DNA from: Amphiscolops sp. MND2022 | Lineage: Eukaryota | Assembly: GCA_964187785.1 (NCBI GenBank) | Contig: OZ076409.1 | Location: 43,278,001-43,342,000 of the forward strand | Direction: 5' to 3' | DNA: 64,000 nucleotides | In this document: positions 1 through 12,900 of the stretch, in pieces | How positions within the stretch are numbered: the first letter of the stretch is position 1 | How the letters are laid out: each line of letters opens with the position of its first letter | Program-made: the position numbers and the translations under genes | The notes under the pieces: model-generated | What the model saw: the letters and a program-made list of their open reading frames with translations, nothing else | Databases searched by the model: none | Told to the model about the DNA's origin: nothing

Positions 1-10
1 TTGATTTTAG

Positions 11-130
11 CGGGTACTTCAAAGACGAGCGTGTAATTTTCAACTCTGACGAGGGATACATCCATTGGACGAAACCAAAAGGATCACTTGAGGTTATCTT
101 TAAAAGTCCCGAAGGTCATCTCGACTTCAG
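11..130 (+). CDS. Penultimate coding exon of an unidentified gene entering from the left edge
   Basis: ttttag|...|gtcagt boundaries; open frame GYFKDERVIFNSDEGYIHWTKPKGSLEVIFKSPEGHLDF; phase-2 donor matches the acceptor at 692. Confidence 0.6.
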
Positions 131-691
131 GTCAGTTTCTCTCAAGAAAGCGAAAATTCTGAAGTTTATATTTTATTCACTTCGTGAAGATAAAAGCTTG
201 CCGTTCCAATTTTGGAGCCTGTCATTACAAAATCAAACCCATAAACTTCATTTTCCTGCTTCTTTAAACCAAACTTTGAATAATCAAGGTTTACGAAACG
301 TATTAAGCTTGAAATTCAGGCGTATATCAATTTTTTATATCAATTTTTTACAGGTTGCATGGATGCATGCAGGGATTTTTTTGAAAAACCTAGATAATTC
401 AGGAACTCTACAGAGAAAAATCTTGTAAACCTTTTGTGCATCTTGCTAAATCTTTGACGTTTTTCATTGCACTTTCAAAAAAGTTCCCATCAAAAAATCC
501 AATTTCCCCATAAATTTTTCTTTAAAAAATTCATTTTAATGAAATGTTACATATGTGCAAATTTATTGTAATGAATTCATACTGAGCTGGATAAGCCAGT
601 CAATATTAAAAAGTATGACTGAATTCACCTGATAAAATCGTCAAAATTGCGAGGAATCTTCAACACTTATGTAATTTTTTCATGCTTGAAG

Positions 692-902
692 CTGCAAGGT
701 TGAGCCGAAGCACGAGGGCATGAAGATCTACGAGGTGCGTGAAGACGCGGAAGTGCTCATCTCCAACGGTAGAGGGCCAGGTTCCCTGGAGACCCTGGAG
801 TTCTCGGCTATCGATGGGGTAGTCGTCATAGTGCTGGAGACTTACGAAGAAGAAGAGCAACTGCCCCCTGAGTTCAAAATGGTGTGGGGGCTACACATGT
901 AA
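692..902 (+). CDS. Terminal coding exon of the same unidentified gene
   Basis: ttgaag| acceptor; splicing gives ...DFSCKVEPKHEGMKIYEVREDAEV...MVWGLHM*; GC-rich codon usage against AT-rich flanks; contains ORF 720..902. Confidence 0.6.
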
Positions 903-1445
903 CAAAAACTATTTCTCAACAAAAATGTTACAATCTTATCGGTCGGTATATGTTCAGAAGGATCCGAAAATTATTCTAAGAGTTTTTCCTTTTCAATCGA
1001 CGAGTACTGAACGTTCAAACTTTTTGCTTCAGTTTTTTTCAACGTTTTTCTAAAGACTTACGATGAAATTTTAAAACAGCTTATCTCTTGAATTTTGATT
1101 TATCAGTCTTTTGAACATATATCGCCCATTTATAATTACCCATTTTGGAATCTTCTGTTGTAGCCGCGGAACTTCGAACTGAGTGTCATCTGTTGGCTCA
1201 ACAATCACCACACTCTGTGAATTCGGTGTAAAACGTACAATGCAGAAATAATGACTGGTGAATATTTTAACTCAGCAGATGACTCGAATTTCGAGTTCGA
1301 GTTTTTAGCTGTGAAAGGCAAGCTTTTATTTGACAACTGATGGTCTTTCTGATTGTTGATGTTGGAAATTACACAATGTTTTACTGATGCACTAAATCAA
1401 TTTAACTTTAATTTGTTTTTTTTCTTCATTTGAGCTATTCAAATG

Positions 1446-1549
1446 AAAAATTCGAGCGATGACAGGTAAAAATTTCCTGTTTGGGCGCAATGTTTACGTA
1501 AACATTGCGCCCAAACAGGAAATTTTTACCTGTCATCGCTCGAATTTTT
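1446..1549. repeat. Perfect 104-bp palindrome with no spacer
   Basis: Arms 1446-1497 and 1498-1549 are exact reverse complements (centre ...tgtttac|gtaaaca...). Confidence 0.95.
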
Positions 1550-3160
1550 GCTTCAAAGAAACGTCAACTTTTAGGCAAAAGCTGAAATACAAGAATACCT
1601 GCACTTGATTTGAGTTGGTTTTATCCTAGAAGAAACGCAACTAACATTTTTCAAAATTTTCCTACTTTTTTTTCTAATTAGTTTATGTTTTCCATTATCA
1701 GCAGCTCTCAGAAAATGCAGATTTTTCTTTTGTTTAATTTGTGTTTTCTTCCATGGCTTCACTGAATGCCCTCAATATGTAGAGTAGAAAGGAAAGGAAA
1801 CCCAATTGCAGACATATTTGACACCCATTTGTGACGTCAATAATTAAAACATCAAGATAGAGTGGGAAACTGTTTTACCTCTCAATTGGTGTAAGTACTC
1901 CAAGTTAATTTGCGAAAGCCTTGAAGATTGGAAACATACGTCACTATTTTTGCCTGAGCATCGCAATGACCCTTTTACATGTCATGTAAGTATCATCTAA
2001 AAATAATGCAAAGAAAAATGAACGCATGTTAATTTTGTGGAATTCTGAATGCATGTTGATTGGGGGTTCAAGAATTTCATACCGTTCCATGCCGTGAAAT
2101 CATGTTTTGATAGAAAATTCTGGTAAAACGGTCTGTGGCAATATCATCATGTGAATGATATTTCGGCTCTATACTTTTCATTGCATGGCTGAATTTGAGA
2201 CCAACTAGGGTTGATCTTGCATGAAAGTTGTAGAACTATCAGAGCAGGATCACAGTTACTACGATCACACTAAAATCCTAGATCGTGTCACAATGGTGCC
2301 ACACATCGTATTACATACAGCAAAACACCAAAAAGTCAATTCGGACAGTTCGAAAACAGGCGTTAAGCTTGGAAAAACAGTCGAACGAAAATTACTTGCC
2401 AAAATGATCTTAGCCTCGACAATACACCGAGAAGTAAAAAAACGACAAAAATTGGCAACATTTTTCAAAGCCTAATTTTTCCATGGATAATAGCCACAGC
2501 TTAAATCGGTTTTCTGCTCCTGAAAGCCTTCTACCTAAGCTTTCAAATGCACACTAGTTAGGCTGGGACTCGGTGCCACTTTTTGTGGTGAGAGCCGCTT
2601 TCAAATGCCGGTTGAACTCTTAGCTGCAGTTTCATTGCAAAAACTTCTTTATGCGTTTTCAATGGCAAACTGTGTTACTAGAGTGTGACAGTAACTTAGC
2701 AAACAGGTGTTGTGTTATTGAGAAAAGGCTAATTTTCTGAAACGTCTTTTTTTGCAAATTTTCACTTTTTTCCAGTTCCTTTTTTGCCGGTAGCTTTGAA
2801 GACAAACTATAATGACAAATAACAACTCACCCAGATAGTCCAATAGAGTGTTAATAAGAAAGACAAATTTTCGTTTTCCTATATGCTTTTTTCGTTTCGC
2901 AATTTTCTATTGATTGTGATAAAAAATCGCTGTCCTCGTTTGAGGACAAATTCACTGTCGAGGTTAGAGCATGACTTCACCAGAAGTAATACCATTTCCC
3001 ATGTATCTATCCTCAGTTAGAAGCGATGATTTTGCCGATTTTTTGGTTGACGCTTTTCTTTGAAAAGAGCGACAATCATCATTGCTTTCAGTCAGCTTGT
3101 TTTGATATACCTGAACTGTCTCAAATAGGTCTATCTAAAGTTTTTCAATTTTGTCAAGTC

Positions 3161-3880
3161 AGCCAGTCACTTGGCCTAGTGGTTATTGCGGATTTCCGCG
3201 GTCTAAGAAGCAAAGGTACACGGGTTAGAGTCTCGCACAGAACCAAAACATTTTTATGTTTGCAAAAGTAGGGGCAGACCAGAGTGTCCCCCTTTAGATT
3301 TTTTTCGGCACTATGCAACTTTTTTCAGTTTCTCCAAACCTAAACCCCTCCCTGGATTTTCAGCAGAAACAAAGCGATTTGCAAAAAAGGATGGTCACTT
3401 CGGTTTTTGCGACTTCTCGAAACAAAAATAGAAAAAGTTATGAAAACTTGAAAATTTTCATTCAGTTTTTTAGGTTTGCGGTAAAGGAAACATGAATTCG
3501 GAGTTGACTTCTTTGTTACTTTTTGATCCTATCTATGGAACTGATGAGTTTTCTTTATGGTTGTGGAAAATACCTATTTTCAGATGTTTTTTTCCGGCTC
3601 TGAGCGTCTTTTTTCTATAACCAATTTTGTTTCCTTTCGCTTTCATTGCTGATTTCGGCTTAAGAAAAAGTGTTTTGCGAGCTGACACCTTTTTCGGCAC
3701 AAGCAGACTTTCGAAAAATGACGAACAATTAATTTTCAGAAAATGATTTTTTTGTGTATCCAGTCCAAAGAAAAGTAGTTTTCGAGACTTGTGCGTACCC
3801 GAGAAATTGGAAAATGTTTGAAAATAGTGTCTTTTGCATATTTAGGAAACTTGGACCGGACCGATTTATATGAAGTTGTT
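3161..3880 (+). mobile_element. Degenerate copy of the DINE-1/HINE-like repeat with a tRNA-like module
   Basis: A-box-like TGGCCTAGTGG (3172), B-box-like GGTTAGAGTCT, ...AACCA, then the family modules cccctttagatttttttcggcact; boundaries approximate. Confidence 0.45.
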
Positions 3881-4378
3881 TCGTGAAAACATTTTTGGGG
3901 AAACTTTTTCAGCGGAAAAACTCCCATACATTTCGAAGAGCAAATTTGATAGGCATCATAAGTTTAAAAAAAGGGTTCAAAAATAAGTAAGACGTCCGCT
4001 ATGCACCGAGATAATCTCCGCCTTCAATTGGCCAACAGTAAAGAAAATGCTAACAATAGACACCTCAAAATGTTAACAATAGAATCGAGCATTCATCTCC
4101 TCCTTGGTAAAACGCAATTTACTTCGGATAATACGTCAAAATTCGGATATAGAGCAAATGTTTCGAACCTCCGCTTCCTCCGCAGTAAAACACAATTAAC
4201 TTCGGATATAACGTCAAAACTTCGGATATAGCGTGCTGGGACAAACGCGAGAGTCTCCTCCTCTGTAAAACGCAGTTTTAAATATAAAATGAAGTAACAA
4301 GTGGAGTTTTGGTAGAAATTGGAAAAAAACGCAACATAATTCTTACCCCCTACACAATAATATGTGGGGACGGAAAGT

Positions 4379-5136
4379 AACAAGGCGGAAACGCTCCAAG
4401 TCGGTGTCCCGCTGAAGTAAAGTTTTTAAGTATGCAAAAGGACACTTTAGTTGGAGTTTCAATTTTAAAGTGCCGAAAACTACCCCAAAGGATACGCAAA
4501 AGACGACTTTTTCTCCAAATTGAGACTTTCAAAAAACGAAAAATTGAAGATAATAATTTTCCGGAGTTTTTAAAAAAAATAGACAAAAGTCTCCGGTAAG
4601 TCGCATAGTGTCGAAACCATTAGGAGTCCTCTATCATTGAAAAAGATTTCCTCCCTAGTAAATATTAAAAGGGGCTTGAAGGAAAACAAATATCAAAAGT
4701 TCGCATGGAAAAAATGCTGGTCTTTACAAACTAAAATTCGGATGAAGGGTGCTAAGAAAATATGATTTTAACAAAAATAATCATTTTGAAGAATATCACA
4801 ATGTCAAAAATAGAAAAAAGAAGAGGGATCTTTAGGGCTTTTTGAAAATCCAATTTGTTGCAAAATATCAAAAAAAATAGAAAGGAGGACCCTTTGGGGA
4901 TATTTGAAACTTTCAAAAAAATAACAAAAATAAATAATAAATAATAAATTTCTGATTAAAGCAGGAATTTGAACCTGCGACCATTGGGTTCCCCCTAAAC
5001 CGGTTGGCTGAAGTTACAAGTTAGAGAGCAATAGCTTACAAAGCTTATAAAATCTGTCAGTTCGTTGTTCTTGAGAAAAATCGAAAAGAAAAGCTACTAC
5101 TATAGTCTGCTCTTTCTACGAAAGCTCCAACTAAAA
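4379..5136 (-). mobile_element. DINE-1/HINE-like non-autonomous element (diverged)
   Basis: Diverged family ends aacaaggcggaaacgctccaagtcggtg ... tagtctgc...aaagctccaactaaaa; internal gaccctttgg modules. Confidence 0.55.
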
Positions 5137-5597
5137 ACCACGAATCGCTTGCAAATACGTGACTGGAAAAAATGGAAATATTCTAGCATGTTTTCTTTCG
5201 AGTAGATGGATGACTGGACGTCTTTCACGAAATATCGTTACATTTCTAGCAAAACAAAAATAAGGTTGCTTTTGAAAAGTCTTTGAAAATCCGGATCAGA
5301 GCTGGAAGAAACAATGATCTGAAAAACATTATTACACATTCTAATAAGTTCCAGAAAATTGTTAGATATAAAAAATGCGGCACAAAACGTCTTACATCTT
5401 TAGATTTGTGCAAAAATTCCTTTAAACGTAACTCCGATATTTTTAGGATGTTTTTCAAACCTTTCCGGTCTCAAGAGAAGGCTTAATAAATTTTCTGTTA
5501 TTTTCGCCACAACTTTAGCATTTTTATAAGTAGTTTGTTTACGAAAACTAATTTCGGCACTGTGGACAATTTTATTTCAATTTTGAAGTTTCTGGTG

Positions 5598-6043
5598 TTT
5601 AGTCGGCGCTTTATGAAGTGAAACGCGACTATTATAGTGACTCTTTTTTCATAAAGAGTGCTACCAAATTCTACAAAATTTCATGGTGTCAAATTGAACG
5701 AATTGGGCTTGGAACCTGAACCAAAAACGTTTTTCCCTTTTATTCGGCGTAACACAAAATCGGGCGAGACTAAAGGGCCCCCTTTCAGTTTTATTAGCAT
5801 TGTGAGACTTTTTTCGAAAAAAATCCCCAAGGTATCTCTCCTTCAATTTTGTTGATACTTTGAAAAAGAAGTGTTGAAAATTTCAAAGGGATCCCTCTTT
5901 TAGCGCGCCAGGGGCCCCGGCGCGTCAATTCTGTCCACCTTTTGGGTTTTTTGGGTAGTGTAAAAACTACTTGACACTTTGGAGTCCTTTTGCTGTTTTT
6001 GGGCTTTAGGAATGGCTCCGACTTATGCCGATCCCGGCTTGTT
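5598..6043 (+). mobile_element. DINE-1/HINE-like non-autonomous element
   Basis: 5' tttAGTCGGCGC...cgcgact; 3' gctccgact plus hairpin gccg-atcc-cggc plus ttgtt. Confidence 0.7.
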
Positions 6044-6252
6044 CTAATCGAGATTTATAGCCCGAAATCAAATGAAAATGACCAAAATTGTTCTACCTAA
6101 TGTTACGTCAAGTACGAGGCACACATACCAGAGCTGGGACAATGCCTAGGTTGCTTTGACAGGAAACCATAGTCTCACTACAAGCCTAGACATCAGTTTT
6201 TCTCCCAAAGTGGTCTTCTCGAAGGACTTTGCTAACGTCAAGGAGACTCCTC

Positions 6253-7754
6253 TGTGATAATCTTCTCCTGTGCGGTCCTCATTTATGACCACAGAGTCAT
6301 TTAGATCAATGTATTGCATGCTCAAAGGTTGTATTGGCGTTCTAAGATCGTTTAAATTAGATGGTCTGAAAGGATTATCCTGTATTTCACATTCTCGATT
6401 TTCTGGCTCAGATGCGTTTTCTTCACCGTCCTCATTACTTGCGTATTTTGAAGTTCCTGCTCTGGGGGTGTTTTGTTCTGTTCGCCATATCGTTTGTTCG
6501 GTACGGATTGTGTTCTTCTGTTATTTTTCATCTCTTTCAGTATTTTCTCTAGTTTCTCATCCATTTCTTTCCTTAAGTTTGCTACTTCTTTGTTCGTTTT
6601 ATCTGATATTCTCTGGGTCCAAATTTGCATTTCATTTTCATTTTGTGTTCCACTGTCTAGAGCTATTTCTTCGTCCCTAACTGAACAACATTTTCAAAGT
6701 TACTTAAAGTTTCGATAACAGTTTCATTACCTTGTGATGTTTCTATTTCGGATGTGCTCAACTCTCTCTCTCAAGTGAGCGTGATTGTCCTCGTCTAGAT
6801 CTTCTATTTCTCTTGTTACCCATTTTAGTCAGGTTAAAATGCTGTTTCGGAGAGAAGAATTTCCATTGGAATGATGAGCAAAGTAGAATTAGGTTGAAAT
6901 AAAGTTGAAGAGAATGCACATATTGTTAAGTTATCAAAGTTGAAACAAAGGTTGTGAGGATGAGAAGAAAAGTTTAATCAGTCTGAAAGTTTTCTGTTGA
7001 CTGAATATTATTGGGTTTCTTACACTCCTTTTTGATTCGGCTTGAATTTAGCAGCATGACAACCAATTTGTGGAATGTCAAGGTTACATCACGATTATGC
7101 AATCACTAAAACTAGTACCCAATTTGATATAAAATAGGTTTGTAAGTTACATCACTTCTATAAATAGATTCCTGCATGACGAATATTTTCCTGCATTTTG
7201 ATTGGTCATTACACTGGCTGTACCAATCCGTTCATCGCTAATGAGAAAAATGTGGCAACACGTAGTATGACTCATATGTAGTGCAAGTGTTAATTCCAAC
7301 ATATTACCCCCATGCGTGATCAGATTGTTATGATGAATCATACTCTCAAATGCTATGATTAAGAATATTGAAAATGTGAATATGTACTGCAAGATGCTGC
7401 AAACTTAGTACAGCAATTCAATTCAAATACTTGAGTCAGTATGCGGTAATGTTACATAGAAGCCACGTATAATTTATTTTTTTCACAAGAATTCGCAATA
7501 AACAGTATTATGCGTCATGTAAGTTAACACCATGTAACATCTGGTAAATCTTGTATGAATGAGTATTGTTTTACAAATATGGCTAGCAACAATAGCAAAC
7601 AAATTCAGACATAGCTGATAATCAAAAGTTATTATAAATCCATACAATATAAGTTTCATGAAGCCATGAGTTTTCTCTGAATTCACTGCAGATGGGTGAG
7701 TCATTTGCCTTCAATGCTGCACCGCGGATCCAACGCAAGCTCTAGGCTGCGACA
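6253..7754 (-). repeat. 3' LTR of the large Gypsy element
   Basis: Near-identical to 20392-21891 (scattered substitutions, a few small indels); flanked on the left by TSD TCCTC. Confidence 0.88.
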
Positions 7755-8818
7755 GGCCAGCATTCTTGAAGCAAATGAGTGCTGCCTCGAACCCATCTAG
7801 ACAGGCACGTGATCTGATGTTTCTATCTCTCACTGTCTCGCCTGGGTATTCAGTTGCAGCTGTATAGGCCGCCAGAGCATCAAGGGCAACTTCGTTGTGT
7901 GTCCTGCCGCACCAGTGACAATTCCCCTGAACATGAGGCACAACAGGAGTGTTAAGTTGCCTTCGTAAGGGGTTCCTCGGTTGTTGTGCGTTGTTGTCAC
8001 TACGAGCAGGACCCACATCAGTCGTCTCCATATTGCTATGAGTGCCTTGGGTGTCCAGGTACAACTGACCATTGGCATTATAATAATATGCAACATTAAC
8101 AGGCCCATCTGGTTGCAATATCTGTGTACTCGGGTTGTATGAGGTTGTATCATGTTTTGAGCAGCTAATATTGGTAACTGGAATTGAGTGGCCGGTACAA
8201 CGAACTGGTTTACTATAGGTGTTTGCAGTATTCCTCCCCCGTTATATGGGCGAGTAAAGTTCGGTTGGGGAATCTCATGTGGAATTACCACGGGCGTAAT
8301 AGGTAAGGGTCTGATCGGCCCATTTCCTTAGGTGACAGCTGGAGGGATATTGCTGTCAGCATCAGACCGTATAGGTATTTGTCTTGCCGGTCTTTCGGCT
8401 CTTACAGCGGAACAGCCAACACAGGTCTACCATAGCTGTTTCTCACTGTTGCTCCCGCTCGATTCGAAGAATGAAATCGGTGAAATGTTGGGTAATTCAG
8501 TATCCTCTGAGATCATGCTCAGCACCTCTCTTTCGATATCAGTACCTGTGATATCAATCACAGAATCTTCTCTCAACTCAGGTTCGCTTACGGCGAACAA
8601 TCTTGCAGCATCTCCATTTACGAACGCAGTCATGGGGTCATTAAGTGGTCCCCGATTCTGAATCTCAGGTCTATGGGTTCTGAGTTAGGTTGTTCAGTCA
8701 GGAACTCCTCCCCAGAATCGCTCGAAATATTTATCAGTCCGGGAGAGTTTGTAGAAACAGACAGCATGTCTTCGTCAATCGTGAAGAGGTGAGAGTTTTT
8801 GGGGTATCTATTGTCCAT
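7711..8818 (-). pseudogene. Sense-strand accessory ORF of the Gypsy element (frameshifted, unknown function)
   Basis: ORF pieces 8630-8818, 8427-8633, 7830-8291 and 7711-8118 chain into one acidic/Pro-rich protein with a CHWCGRTH motif; the stop codon lies inside the 3' LTR. Confidence 0.55.
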
Positions 8819-9539
8819 TTGAGCTTGAAATTATCGACTGACTTGTTCCGTGAATATTCGCAGAAAAAACACTTGTCTCTTCTTTTCAGTTGGTGTATAT
8901 TTTCGCGGTTTTTAGGGGTGTCGTAAACAATCCTCGATGTCATCTTTCTTCTAACTTGCAATTTTCCTGGCGATTTCATAGCAGACTCAAAGTTATGCTC
9001 CTGTTTTTCATTTAAATAGCTCCATAACAAAATACAATCCACGTTGTGATTTCCGTTTATGGTGATAATCGTTCCAATTAGCACAACAAGATGAATTTTT
9101 TTTCGCAGCTTTCATATATGGCGAATAGAAGCGTCGACAAAGGCACATTAAACGATTATAAACAAATATGAATGAAATTTTCCATGATGAATTTTAAAAA
9201 CCCGGATTTTTTTCTGAATTTTACAAATTTTACATGCAAACCTAAATAAAATAGTGGGTAATATTAGGAATGAAAAGTTCATGGACGCAAAGTTTCTGTA
9301 TAATTGTGTATTTTACAAACTACGAAGTTTCTCAAAATTTAAGGTTCACACTCGTTTACTTTCTATTTCCATCTCATATTGTTTATTTCGGCATCATCAT
9401 GATGTCAACTGAATGATACACTGTTATCTTCATAGCAGTAATGCGATGAATAGGGTCATGAGATACTGTTTCTTTTTAGGTCAGCACCAGTTCAAGTTGC
9501 ACTGCAAGATGCTTTTCACTTCGTACTTTTCTTCAAACA

Positions 9540-9720
9540 GCCACTGGGGGCGGCGCATCATATATATGTAAATGAGCTTAGTTATACTGTATTAAATACC
9601 AATCTCTCTGGCAGGTTTGATCGGTTCCTAAATATTTCAGCCAATCAGCGCTCAGTATTTGCGCAAACATGTTAATGTAATTTGTTCAGCCGGAAGCGAC
9701 GCCACTTCTCATGTCCGTAT
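9540..9720. promoter_or_regulatory. Putative bidirectional internal promoter between the two cargo units
   Basis: GC-box-like gggggcggc (~9546), TATATAT (~9561), CCAAT (9599, 9641) and Ets-like CCGGAAG (9690) lie between divergent ORFs. Confidence 0.35.
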
Positions 9721-9913
9721 ACTGTATTTATCTTGGTCAGTTTCAAAGTCGTTTTGTCGTCAAATTTCTCTGAATTCTTCAATTCATCAAGTTTACGTTT
9801 TTATTTTGTAATCATAGTTTGTAGTTCAGCTTTCATTTTCAATAAACAATTTCCTTTTGAATTCGTGTTTACAATTCCATTTTTATTCCTTGCTTCGCTT
9901 GGTTATTTACCAA

Positions 9914-12900
9914 ATGGTGCGTTCGCGTTCTTCTTGTTCCCGCAGGAAAGCAACCCCCCCCCGCAGAGAAGAGCGGCAGTTGCGAGGAATCTCCGGTCAT
10001 CCACTACTGCGATAAGCTTGAAAATTGGTTGATTTTTCTGATTGACTCAGATAGTTCTTTTTTTTTCTTTGTGACGTCACGGATTTTAAATGCAAGTAAG
10101 CCAGACTCACATTTTAGTGTCGACTATCCTTTGATTTGTCAACTTCCGGTTTCTAAGTTTTAGGCAGAAATAATAATTTCCTGTTACTGATTTCTGTTAT
10201 CGACATCAGTACAATTCAGGATTTTTGTTTCAGATTCTTCCCCAACTCAGCCGCGAAGTAGAGTTTCTAAACCTTCTGATGCCAGCAAAGTGCCCGTAAC
10301 ACAACAAACTGTTTTACTGGAAAATTTCTCCCAACGGTCATTTCCGGATGATCTTCAACTTCCCCCAAGCTTGACCCCGGAAGTCCTTATCGAAAACAAC
10401 ATATCTGAGTTTGTCGACATTCTGGAGGAGTCAACTCACGCAGAACAACAGAAAGAAACAACTGCCAGTGATTGGGCTCAGCAAGGGATGAATTCTCTTA
10501 CTAACGCACCCGTAGGCGGGAAACTGTCTTGTACTTCATTTGTACAATGCGACATGCAACCCACACCAGTTAGGAAAGTCCAAGAAGAGGGAGTAAATTC
10601 TTCTGAACAAACTCCTGTGAGCAAGAATGCATCACCGTTCACTCGTTTCCTCACTCAACCTTCCTCCGTGAAGTCCAAGAAATCCATTTCTCCAGAACGA
10701 AAGAAAATTACACGGATCATCGATTCTCCGACTACCGGTAAAGACAGTCCTGGGGACACTGGGGAGGTAAGGCAGCAGAAGCGAGCACCCAGGTCCCGTC
10801 CAGGTTTGAAGATACGACTGGAACAAACTTGATCCAAGGATCCAGCAACACATTCACCTCCAAAAGGAGTTGCAGAACAATAGCTGAGGCTGAAACTCCT
10901 TCAAAACAAGCATACATTGAAGAGGATAGTGATGAGGAGTCGGAGGAGTCAGATGCTAGTACTGACTCAAGTTCTTCAGTTGAGTTGCTACCCAATGAAG
11001 AGGAAGAGTTCCCAAAAGCGAAACCGGTTAAACGAAAAAAAACAACAGGAAGAGACTTCTGCTCGGAAACGAACTAAGCCGCGACTTGTGCTAGCAGGGT
11101 GGATGTACCACAAATATCCAATCCTGAATTTCTTTGCCACCGCTCCCGCTGATGCTGCTAGATATCCACATAAATACCGGTGTCGGGTCTGTTTGTTAGA
11201 ATTGTCTCTGATGACAAAAGGTCCTTTGGAGATCCCTCACCACTACCGTACGGATGCCCATTCAATTAAAGAGCACCGAATACGAATGGAGACCCCGGGA
11301 CTCCCATTGTTCGACAAGAATCGAGAGAAACTGAGTGGCATGCCATTAAAGTATGCCAAAGAACGAGCTCGACGAGAGTACCCCGAAATTAGGAGATTAT
11401 TATCTGAGATTGGGACAGCAAGAACAGGCTGAAGTCGCTGGAGAAGATAACCCCAGTAATGAAATCTTCGCGCAACTGAATCTTCTCAAAATTGGCCTAA
11501 TGCATGGCGGCCATGCCATATCACAGCAATGGTGGCTTTATGGCATGATCTCGTTAAGGAAACAAAGACATCCGAAGCCATTGTTCAGCACCATAGGCGA
11601 CCACACCACTTTTTTGCAAGTATTAATCTGTTTTTTTGTAGTTAGGCAGGGTTAATCTTCTTTTTACTCAAAGAATGTTTGGTTTTTAAGGGCCTCGTCA
11701 CATACATGTTCCGCGAGCTACCTTCTTTCTGTGTGGATTCTATCGAAGCCAACGGCAGTTACTTCTCAAACTAACACAGTATGCGAACGAAACGCGCTTA
11801 TTTGTTCATTTCTGGGCAAGAAATTCCCTCTATGGTCTTTACATTGGAGTCTTCCCCGGGAGAGTCTATACACCTGGAACCCTCCTGCTGCTTTTGAGTA
11901 ACTTCTTTGCACTCATTGGGAAAGATGCTCATTTGTTTTTCAAGGCTGGCTTTGCTCCACGGATCGTCTGGACAGTGTCAAGAGTCCTCTCACAACGCAA
12001 GAAGTTTTGCAGGATCCCCTCATTCGATGCTGAGCACTTGGAGCAGACAATGTTGGTCCCATCTGTACAGATCTTGCATCGATTTGACTTTCGAAGCGTT
12101 CTCGACTTCTTACTTTTACGACTTCCTTCGGCTTGTAGCAGCCCCTGGTTATCATCACTGCCCGATTTTCAACACGTTAGAATCCCCATGTTTCATGCTC
12201 CATAATCTTTTTGTTATAAGAAGAAAAGTTTTACATCTTGATGTTTTACATCTAATGTTAATCCAAAAATTTCCAATTCTATTTGCTGCTCATTGCCCCG
12301 AATTCAATGTAGTTTCGGGTTTTTACAAGTTTCCGCAGTTAAAGCATTTTCTTGTTGTATTTTCAGCATTGTTGTATTTTCAGCATTTTTCTTTTTTCGA
12401 ATGAGGTATTATCTTTCTTTTATGCAGCATAAAGTTTGCGAAGTTTGCAGAATAAGGAAGCATAATAGGGTCATCCAATTCATTTTTCTTTACTTTATGG
12501 AGGTTATATGCGATGTTATGTAATGCGATTAGTCATTTGTTCATTTCTGATTTCTTTCTGTATTTCGTCATGTTTTTGCACGTGTTACTTCGAACTCGAT
12601 TTTTGTAACTAGGTTTCCAAAGACTTTTCGCACGTGCTACTAGATTCTAGTCAGTTCGTGACTCATCGTGACTTCTGTATTTTAGACTGTCACAACATTG
12701 GATTACGATCTGCCTCGTGCCGTTGAGATCATGAACCATTTGATTACTAACTGAAGTAAAATGATCCAACATATTCAATGCAGCAGACGGATTCCCTCCC
12801 ACCGTTCCCACATGCAAAAGGTTTGTTTCTAGTTTTCTTCTCCTTTCTATTATATCTGTTTTTCTAAGTTTCTTCGATTGTTTTACATAGGTGTTTCTTA

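Noticed and set aside
3161..3245. Functional tRNA gene
   Set aside because: No consistent cloverleaf or anticodon arm; the B box is degenerate; related modules recur inside a repeat family
6253..7754. Tandem or circularly permuted duplication of the gag region rather than an LTR
   Set aside because: TG...CA ends, an exact TCCTC TSD and an adjacent TGG PBS identify the repeats as LTRs
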